This document shows positions 35,086 through 41,319 of a DNA stretch of 46,186 nt, piece by piece. The DNA lies in the IMG/VR virus record IMGVR_UViG_3300027909_000035; one strand, given 5' to 3'. Source of the DNA: a virus. Numbering within the stretch: the stretch's first letter is position 1; every line of letters starts with the position of its first letter. The position numbers were made by a program, and so were the translations under genes. The notes beneath the pieces were generated by a model. It had not been told where the DNA came from and searched no databases. It was given only the letters and a program-made list of their open reading frames with translations.

Positions 35086-35669
35086 CGCTTAACGTTGACG
35101 ACGTTTACGACAGAATCCTACGGGACAAAGCGTTTTACCATTGGCAACCTGCCAAATTGGTTCCGGGGGAAGGGTCTGAAGCTAATGCTTCCGCCTTCAT
35201 CGTGGGCAGCTCACCAAGTGCGACAGACGTTGTGAATGGCAGACCGTTCACAGATGACATTGGGGCAATCCTCCGCCAGCTCATGGAGCTTGCCAACCTG
35301 CACAGTTATTTCAATGAAGGCAAGCAATACCGGCCGAACTGCTGGCTAACCCTGGTCAGCAAATACCGATCAAGCGGTATGCCATGGGAGGCAATAGAAC
35401 TATGGCGACCCTACCTCAGACAGGAGTGGTGCGCGGTAGACAACCCAATGGTGCTCATTCCCGTTGGCATGCTGGCATTCTCAGCGTGCATGGGTGAATG
35501 GCGGGACATATCAAAGTCAGCAGGATTTCCATTCAAGCGCATGACATTCTTTGGTTGGGTGTGGGTTTGGCCTATGTTCCATCCCAAAGACGGAATCAAA
35601 TTTCCGAAGCTCCGTCCAGTCATGGAAACACATTGGTCGAAGCTAGGTGAGTGGCTTGATAACCATTAA
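35073..35669 (+). CDS. Uracil-DNA-glycosylase-superfamily-like protein (family 4/5-like)
   Basis: FIVGSSPSATDVVNGRPFTDDIGAILRQLM resembles the UDG family 4 motif region (GE.PG...G.PF.G..G..L). Sits directly upstream of PolA, as in many phages. Confidence 0.55.
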   Translation: MGGIALNVDDVYDRILRDKAFYHWQPAKLVPGEGSEANASAFIVGSSPSATDVVNGRPFTDDIGAILRQLMELANLHSYFNEGKQYRPNCWLTLVSKYRSSGMPWEAIELWRPYLRQEWCAVDNPMVLIPVGMLAFSACMGEWRDISKSAGFPFKRMTFFGWVWVWPMFHPKDGIKFPKLRPVMETHWSKLGEWLDNH

Positions 35670-36825
35670 GGATACGCTACAGGGTGACCAAATCTATTTT
35701 CACTTTGTGGAGAACAAAGACGATGCCAAACGCGCTCTGCGTTGGGCGAAACGGTTCGTCGGGCAAGAACTGGGCATGGACACAGAATCAACAGGACTCG
35801 ACTGCTACCTACCCCATTGGAGGCTGCGAACCTTTCAGATTGGTAACGACATTCGAGCATTCGTCATTCCCGCCAAGTGGCGCAAGACAATTACAAATAT
35901 CTGGTCACTCGGCATCGACTGGATTGGATACAACGGACCGCATGACGTGCGTTGTGTAGACGCGTATCTCGGCTATGAGTCCGACGTGGTTTGCAAGTAC
36001 GAGGCTTACATCACAGCTCACCATCGCGAGCCACGAAAGGCGGAGGAAGGCGGCGCAGACCTTGGACTGAAAGAGCAATGCACAGCGCATATCGATCCAG
36101 CGGCCGGTAAGTGGGAAGTGGCGCTCAAGCTTGGCTTTAAGCAACTTACGGTGCCGATGCCAGGTGAGTATTACAAATCCGGACCTCGCAAGGGACAACC
36201 CAAGGTACGCAAGGCTTTGATATCTGAAGGCTGGGCAATGCAAGACATCAAGCACCCTACCTACATTGCCTACGCTGGTGCCGACCCCATACTCACATAT
36301 CGGCTCTGGCGCTTCAATGGGACCACCTACAGTCGTGCCAATGGTTTGTACGACAGGGATTTACAAATTGACTTGCTCTGTGACCGGTTGCAACGTCGGG
36401 GCATGCTCGTAGATGTGCGGTACCTTCAGCAATACCAAGCCGCACTCACGCGGCGTGCCGACCATCTGATAGAGCTGGCAGCTGTCTTGGGTTGCAATAA
36501 CATAAATTCCGGCCAACAAATTGCCGTAACCCTTTTAGAGCTAGGCGCCAAGCTGAGACTAAAAACCCCATCCGGCAAGTGGCAAATGGATAACACGGTT
36601 CTGGAAAGCTTGGCGGAAACGGGCAACCGTCCAGTGCGGAAGTTGGTCCGCTACATACTCACGGCTAGAAGGCTCAACAAACGCGCTCAGGTTTACGCAG
36701 AGGGGATGTTGAGGGCAAGGGATAGTCAGGGCAGGGTCCACCCGTCAATCAATTCTCTAGCGGCTAGAACGGGTCGCATGAGTGCCGGTATTTTCCAGCA
36801 ACTACCGACTAAGGATCAAGAGTGA
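35647..36825 (+). CDS. Family A DNA polymerase, N-terminal gene (3'-5' exonuclease plus thumb, up to the TGR(L/M)S...LP segment)
   Basis: Exo motifs DTESTGL, NGPHDVRC and YAGADPILTYRL. Ends ...HPSINSLAARTGRMSAGIFQQLPTKDQE-stop. Confidence 0.85.
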   Translation: MSGLITIKDTLQGDQIYFHFVENKDDAKRALRWAKRFVGQELGMDTESTGLDCYLPHWRLRTFQIGNDIRAFVIPAKWRKTITNIWSLGIDWIGYNGPHDVRCVDAYLGYESDVVCKYEAYITAHHREPRKAEEGGADLGLKEQCTAHIDPAAGKWEVALKLGFKQLTVPMPGEYYKSGPRKGQPKVRKALISEGWAMQDIKHPTYIAYAGADPILTYRLWRFNGTTYSRANGLYDRDLQIDLLCDRLQRRGMLVDVRYLQQYQAALTRRADHLIELAAVLGCNNINSGQQIAVTLLELGAKLRLKTPSGKWQMDNTVLESLAETGNRPVRKLVRYILTARRLNKRAQVYAEGMLRARDSQGRVHPSINSLAARTGRMSAGIFQQLPTKDQE

Positions 36826-36974
36826 TGGAGGAAGCTATAAGACTGCTCGAATCCCTGTTCATGACAATCAAAGCCGAGCATTGGAAGAACCCGAGAGGAC
36901 AGTTAGGCGTTCTGACGGGGATCAAGATGAGCATCATGGTACTGAAAATCGCACTATCGAAGAAAGGCCAGTGA
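36825..36974 (+). CDS. Hypothetical mini-protein (49 aa), cassette ORF 1
   Basis: Hand-translated MEEAIRLLESLF... TGATG overlap with the pol N-gene and ATGA-type overlap with the next ORF. Confidence 0.4.
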   Translation: MEEAIRLLESLFMTIKAEHWKNPRGQLGVLTGIKMSIMVLKIALSKKGQ

Positions 36975-37462
36975 TGGAAATAGGTTTCACAGGGTCAAGA
37001 CACGGAATGTCGGCTAGCGCACGCGCCAAGGTGCAGGCATTGTTCATGATCCATTGGACAATAAATAGTGCCAACACACTACGCCATGGCGATTGTACGG
37101 GAAGCGATGAGGAAGCCTTCAAGATAGCCAAAGCCCTTGGATTCCTTACATACGCTTACCCCGCCTCAAACGTTAGTGAGCGTTGGCTTGCCAAGACTAA
37201 AAGTGATCTAGTCATGGTCCCCTTGCCAGCATTGGAACGTAACACAATCATCGTCAGTGAAAGCACTATCCTTATTGCAACAGTTCAGGGTTTCACATCA
37301 AATCAAGCACAAATGCGTTCCGGCACGTGGGCAACCGTTCGATACGCGAAGAAGGAAGGAATACCTTTCTGGCTTGTCAATCCATTGGGACAAGCACAGT
37401 TCTACCCGATGGCCGAACATCGTCAAAGCCTAGGCATCACAAGCCTAAATTGGAATGACTGA
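36974..37462 (+). CDS. SLOG/DprA-like Rossmann-fold protein (DUF2493-like), cassette ORF 2 (162 aa)
   Basis: GFTGSRHG...LRHGDCTGSDEEAFKIAKALG...RSGTWATVRYAKKEGIPFWLV matches the SLOG-type pattern (GxR, G..G.D, SxGT...A...G.P). Confidence 0.55.
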   Translation: MEIGFTGSRHGMSASARAKVQALFMIHWTINSANTLRHGDCTGSDEEAFKIAKALGFLTYAYPASNVSERWLAKTKSDLVMVPLPALERNTIIVSESTILIATVQGFTSNQAQMRSGTWATVRYAKKEGIPFWLVNPLGQAQFYPMAEHRQSLGITSLNWND

Positions 37463-37463
37463 A

Positions 37464-37622
37464 ATGGTTCTAGCTAGTAAAGAGAAGCGATTGGCGCGAA
37501 TCCTCATGGCACACCTAGAAATCGCTTACGTCCATGCTTTGCGCTTGCTGAGGGAAGGCAAGTATGAAGTGAGCGACGACGGGAAAGTAACGAAGGTGAA
37601 AGATGATGACGAAGATGATTGA
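37464..37622 (+). CDS. Hypothetical mini-protein (52 aa), cassette ORF 3
   Basis: Hand-translated MVLASKEKRLARILMAHLEI... Starts 1 nt after the preceding stop. Confidence 0.35.
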   Translation: MVLASKEKRLARILMAHLEIAYVHALRLLREGKYEVSDDGKVTKVKDDDEDD

Positions 37623-37749
37623 CATCAAACTGTGCCGTGATCCTGCACTAGTAGTTGGATGGTGTTTGCGTTTGAAAACACGAACACATGAATACTTCCT
37701 CTGGCGCAACGGTTGGAAGCTAAAGATGGAGGTTTGGAGGAATGATTGA
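37615..37749 (+). CDS. Hypothetical mini-protein (44 aa), cassette ORF 4
   Basis: Hand-translated MIDIKLCRDPALVVGWCLRL... Overlaps both neighbours. Confidence 0.3.
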   Translation: MIDIKLCRDPALVVGWCLRLKTRTHEYFLWRNGWKLKMEVWRND

Positions 37750-38119
37750 ATTCATTCCAGAGGATGGTGAGCCAATTGATCTCAGTAAGTTCAGTTGGTC
37801 ATTGACTGACCCCAAGTACAGTGATGAAGCTAGAGAGAAGCTAGGCGGATTGCAGGATGCGAGCTTCACACTGGACGGGATCCTCAGTGAGCGTGTCGCA
37901 CGGATATCCGACACAGGGTACTTCGCCAAGAGTCGACCTACTTCCTACTATGAGAGGTTTCGCCGTTACCAGAATCGCGTAGATGAAATGCGTCATCTTG
38001 AAGTGCTCATGCTGGCAATGGGCAGGATGTCTCGAATGAATTTCTTCCAGCAACTGGACCCAAACACCAGAATACAAATCGCACTCTTCCATTCCTACAA
38101 CCGCGCTTGCATGAACTGA
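37742..38119 (+). CDS. Hypothetical protein (125 aa), cassette ORF 5
   Basis: ORF track. GGAGG RBS. Confidence 0.6.
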   Translation: MIEFIPEDGEPIDLSKFSWSLTDPKYSDEAREKLGGLQDASFTLDGILSERVARISDTGYFAKSRPTSYYERFRRYQNRVDEMRHLEVLMLAMGRMSRMNFFQQLDPNTRIQIALFHSYNRACMN

Positions 38120-38132
38120 GGGGGGAAATGAA

Positions 38133-38249
38133 ATGAGATTGCATATCTGGCGATGGCTGTTTCGCTGCATTGATTGCGGCGAAAGATGCTGCCCCGTTAT
38201 GCGATACGGGAATCCAGAGCTAGATCACAAAGGTTGGTATGACAAGTGA
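38133..38249 (+). CDS. Cys-rich mini-protein (38 aa), cassette ORF 6
   Basis: Hand-translated MRLHIWRWLFRCIDCGERCCPV... GGGGGAAA lies upstream. Confidence 0.3.
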   Translation: MRLHIWRWLFRCIDCGERCCPVMRYGNPELDHKGWYDK

Positions 38250-38428
38250 AGCTGAAACTAGAGCTATGTGCAGGCGTTGACTGGCGTGACGTTAGAGTCA
38301 CCTCTGACCCTTCACTGCTGATCTACTGTAACCATCTGTGGTTTGACACTACCGGGTTCATACACCTTTGCTCGGACTATAAAGAGCACCCTAGAGAGCA
38401 CATATGCCAATGCTGTGAGCAATCATGA
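38246..38428 (+). CDS. Cys/His-rich small protein (60 aa), cassette ORF 7
   Basis: ORF track (GTG start overlapping the preceding TGA). Its stop overlaps the ATG of the pol C-gene. Confidence 0.45.
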   Translation: MKLKLELCAGVDWRDVRVTSDPSLLIYCNHLWFDTTGFIHLCSDYKEHPREHICQCCEQS

Positions 38429-39273
38429 AACTCCTTTCCAGTGCGGCAGTCAGGCGAGCCATCGTCGCAGAGGTTGGTCACGCCATCATCTCGTGTGACT
38501 ATGACCAAATTGAATTGCGTGTGGCAGCCGCTTTGGCAAGGGAGCAAGCACTTATAGAAGCGGCTGAGCGCGGGGAGTCTCTTCACAAGATTGCAGCCGT
38601 AAAACTCTTCGGAGAGGATTACACGCCAGACCAGTACCGCTATACCAAAAATGTCAACTTCGGTTGGCTCTATGGAGGCGGGGCATTCACGCTCTCACAG
38701 CAGGCGGGTATTCCCTTTGAAGTGGCTCAAGAAATCATCGTGCAATACCGCGAAGAATTCCCCGCGCTCACAAGGTACAAGCGCCAGCAGCAAGACAAGC
38801 TGATTCGCGGTGCACTGACCCCAAACGAATACAGGCTTTACCGCTCACTACGTTCAGAGATGTTCGAATACCGGCAAGACACTCCGTCAGGCAGGTTGGC
38901 AATAGCCAAGGTGCGGCACCGCATTAACAACCTGATGGAGTGGAAAGTCGGTTACATCACAACGGATTACGGCCGTAGGTTGCCGGTCGAATTGATGAAG
39001 GCTTACAGGGTCGTGAACTACGAAATACAGTCCACAGCAAGGGATATCATGTGTGATGGGCTGATCGCTGTCATGGCCGATCCTGAGCTAGCGTCAACCG
39101 TTCTACTTCCCATCCACGATGAATTGCTAGGCCAGGCTCCAAGGTGGAAAGCCAAGCGCGTTGCCAGACGGTACGGCGAGGTTATGAGCACCCAATTCCG
39201 AGGCGTGCCGATTACGGCTAGCGGCAAAGTGTACGGCGACTCTTGGGGACATGGATACATGAGGGCAGCATGA
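38425..39273 (+). CDS. Family A DNA polymerase, C-terminal gene (palm/fingers, motifs A, B, C)
   Basis: Motif A at SCDYDQIELRVAA, motif B at RYTKNVNFGWLYGGG, VNYEIQSTARD, motif C at LPIHDELL. Confidence 0.9.
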   Translation: MKLLSSAAVRRAIVAEVGHAIISCDYDQIELRVAAALAREQALIEAAERGESLHKIAAVKLFGEDYTPDQYRYTKNVNFGWLYGGGAFTLSQQAGIPFEVAQEIIVQYREEFPALTRYKRQQQDKLIRGALTPNEYRLYRSLRSEMFEYRQDTPSGRLAIAKVRHRINNLMEWKVGYITTDYGRRLPVELMKAYRVVNYEIQSTARDIMCDGLIAVMADPELASTVLLPIHDELLGQAPRWKAKRVARRYGEVMSTQFRGVPITASGKVYGDSWGHGYMRAA

Positions 39274-39308
39274 AAGACAACGCACAGTAAAGGATATGGA
39301 GCATTAGC

Positions 39309-39584
39309 ATGACCTGTAAGCGAATCGCGGTAATCGTCACTAGTGATATGGGAATTGTGTTTAAGGATCCCAACGTCTCCCTGCTACACCCGGTGACTCA
39401 GACCCACGAGTGTTCAGGGCTTCACACCACCATTGCAGGACTGATCATACACCATTGTGAGTGCGGGACAACGTTCTACGTCCTAGGCGAAGCACTGAAC
39501 AAGCTTGTGGTTATGTCACCCGACCTCGCTGCCCTCATTTCAAAGGCAATCAAGGATGGCAAGGGTGACGAGCCGAAAGAATGA
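39309..39584 (+). CDS. Hypothetical protein (91 aa)
   Basis: ORF track. GGAG RBS. Confidence 0.55.
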   Translation: MTCKRIAVIVTSDMGIVFKDPNVSLLHPVTQTHECSGLHTTIAGLIIHHCECGTTFYVLGEALNKLVVMSPDLAALISKAIKDGKGDEPKE

Positions 39585-40188
39585 GTTGCATGTAATCGCT
39601 TTTGATCCTGGTGGAGTCATGGGATGGGCTCACTTTGTTGTGCACATCCGTGCGTTCAGTCACCCACGAGAGAAGGTGCTGAGCAACCTTCTAGGATGGC
39701 GCTGTGGCGAGTTTGAGGGCACAGAGCATGACAAGGTGAGGGCAGCACTGGATATGATCCGTAAAAGCCGCTACAGGAACGGGAAGCTGTTCACAGCAAG
39801 ATACGAGATAGTCACTGAGGACTTCGACCTGACACAGCTTATCGGCGGTAAGGATTTGCTGATACCGACTCGACTGAACGCAATTCTGGAATATCAATTA
39901 GCGGTAGGGTTTCAACTACCGTTGGCCTATCAAAATCGTGCTCTTCGAACGGGTGTCACCAAGCCTAGGCTCAAACGAATGAAACTATGGCCGGTACGGG
40001 GCAAAGATGCCTATGCAGCGGTACAGCATGGTGTTACCTACCTGAAGCGACTGAAACAGAGGGCGGACGAAGTCACATGGGAAAAGCTAATACAGCTAAA
40101 CGAAAAGCGGCCATTACTAGAAAAGCAACTGAAGCCCCAACGGAAGCAACGGACACTCCCATATATGCAGGGCTTGTCATTGAGCTAG
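39556..40188 (+). CDS. RuvC-like Holliday junction resolvase
   Basis: LHVIAFDPGGVMGWAHF is the N-terminal catalytic Asp motif of phage RuvC-like resolvases; EDFD lies later. ATG 39556 lies within track ORF 39505..40188. Confidence 0.65.
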   Translation: MARVTSRKNELHVIAFDPGGVMGWAHFVVHIRAFSHPREKVLSNLLGWRCGEFEGTEHDKVRAALDMIRKSRYRNGKLFTARYEIVTEDFDLTQLIGGKDLLIPTRLNAILEYQLAVGFQLPLAYQNRALRTGVTKPRLKRMKLWPVRGKDAYAAVQHGVTYLKRLKQRADEVTWEKLIQLNEKRPLLEKQLKPQRKQRTLPYMQGLSLS

Positions 40189-40248
40189 GCAACCCTGTGC
40201 AGGTTGGCAGAGAAGTTCTCAGGCTCATCAACGAGATTGGTGGATAAC

Positions 40249-40488
40249 ATGCCAGTAGGACAAACGTTTACTCACAATGAGGTTGTCAAGCTCCCGAGCT
40301 ACATCACGCCCCAACGCGGGATCGTTCAGCTTGGTATGGAATCATTTCAGTATGAGGGTAAGCACTTCGTCGCTGTCAAGCTGAACACTGGTGAGATAGT
40401 CGTATTGAGCGCAGCAGACCTAATTAAATCTCCCAAGCATGCGGAGTGCCCTTCCTGTAAATGCATCAACATCGATAATGTGACCTAG
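40249..40488 (+). CDS. Hypothetical protein (79 aa) with C-terminal CPSCKC
   Basis: ATG 40249 within track ORF 40204..40488. Confidence 0.5.
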   Translation: MPVGQTFTHNEVVKLPSYITPQRGIVQLGMESFQYEGKHFVAVKLNTGEIVVLSAADLIKSPKHAECPSCKCINIDNVT

Positions 40489-40494
40489 GTCACA
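40479..40494. promoter_or_regulatory. 16-bp perfect palindrome TGTGACCTAGGTCACA (second TGTGA-N6-TCACA site)
   Basis: Perfect dyad overlapping the stop of 40249..40488. TTGACA lies 6 nt downstream (40501..40506). Confidence 0.6.
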
Positions 40495-40579
40495 CACACC
40501 TTGACAGAAAATAAGCTGCTCCTGAAGGCTCATCCCTTGAATTGAATGACTTCCTAGCAAGGGATAGAGGTTGAAGGAA

Positions 40580-40879
40580 ATGCCGACCACAGAGACACGC
40601 CCGACGAAGAAGCGCTCCACCAAGGCCAAGACGGATGAGACCAAGGCGCCTAAGAAGGCTGCCAAGGCTCCGAAAACTATCAAGGGTGAGCAGGACGGAC
40701 CTCTGATCGAGGCGAGCGCTACGAATGGCGTCACAGTTGACAAGCTCAGACTTGAGCTTGACCACGTGGCCACAACGTCTGGTTATGAGAAATACTCTCC
40801 GCCAAGTGGCACAGGTTGCGTTGGTCAGCTGTACGTCCCGCATGGTGCGAAGTCGGTCAAGGTGCTTGTCGAGTACTGA
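40580..40879 (+). CDS. Small protein (99 aa) with a Lys/Thr/Ala-rich basic N-terminus
   Basis: GAAGGA RBS. Starts MPTTETRPTKKRSTKAKTDETKAPKKAAKAPK... Lies in track ORF 40571..40879. Confidence 0.6.
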   Translation: MPTTETRPTKKRSTKAKTDETKAPKKAAKAPKTIKGEQDGPLIEASATNGVTVDKLRLELDHVATTSGYEKYSPPSGTGCVGQLYVPHGAKSVKVLVEY

Positions 40880-40925
40880 TGTGACCTTCCCTTGGGGTCA
40901 GGGGTGCCACCCAAGGGATAGGGGA

Positions 40926-40960
40926 GGGGATCTCACACGCGGGTGAGGTCCCCTTCTTTC
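40926..40960 (+). terminator. Rho-independent terminator
   Basis: GGGGATCTCAC/GTGAGGTCCCC 11-bp stem followed by TTCTTTC. A second hairpin, CCCTTGGG...CCCAAGGG, lies just upstream. Confidence 0.6.
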
Positions 40961-41037
40961 GTACCCTATTGTCGGCAAGGCTGGGCAGGGGATATGATCA
41001 AGGATCCATCGTTTGGTAGGAAGCGAGGCGTTTGCAT

Positions 41038-41298
41038 ATGGCATTACTTGAGGGTGTCGCCATTGGCGGACCACGGGACGGAGCTAAATTATCTTGCCCT
41101 AGCAACTGGGATGGCCGGATATTGAAGCGAGGTCCTAATACCTATTTCAAAGGGCACTATCGTTACAACGCCGAGACATCATCTTGGGTGTGGAATGATC
41201 GTCCGGCCGAGCTACCCTTGCCCCCCAAGGGAAACAACGTCGGTAGGCCACGTAAGCGTAAGCCGTTCGCTGGCTACCAGTATGGCAAAAATGCTTGA
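41038..41298 (+). CDS. Small protein (86 aa) with an AT-hook-like GRPRKRKP motif
   Basis: ATG 41038 within track ORF 41032..41298. Confidence 0.55.
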   Translation: MALLEGVAIGGPRDGAKLSCPSNWDGRILKRGPNTYFKGHYRYNAETSSWVWNDRPAELPLPPKGNNVGRPRKRKPFAGYQYGKNA

Positions 41299-41319
41299 CA
41301 CATAAAGAAATCCCCCGGG

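Noticed and set aside
36826-38424. Intein or classical homing-endonuclease intron as the explanation for the polymerase split
   Set aside because: An intein is excluded because the pol frame hits a stop and the insert is broken into seven ORFs in different frames. An intron is not formally excluded, but I see no endonuclease motif, and the stop/start overlaps at both borders look like ordinary operon coupling. The case is kept as an open test in the findings.
40077-40247. 56-aa alternative-frame ORF (MGKANTAKRKAAITRK...) overlapping the last 112 nt of the RuvC-like gene
   Set aside because: I cannot decide this from the sequence. Its basic K/T/A-rich N-terminus resembles that of 40580..40879, and it ends 1 nt before ATG 40249. 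However, the RBS is weak and it overlaps a supported gene extensively. Left unannotated pending ribosome profiling or comparative data.
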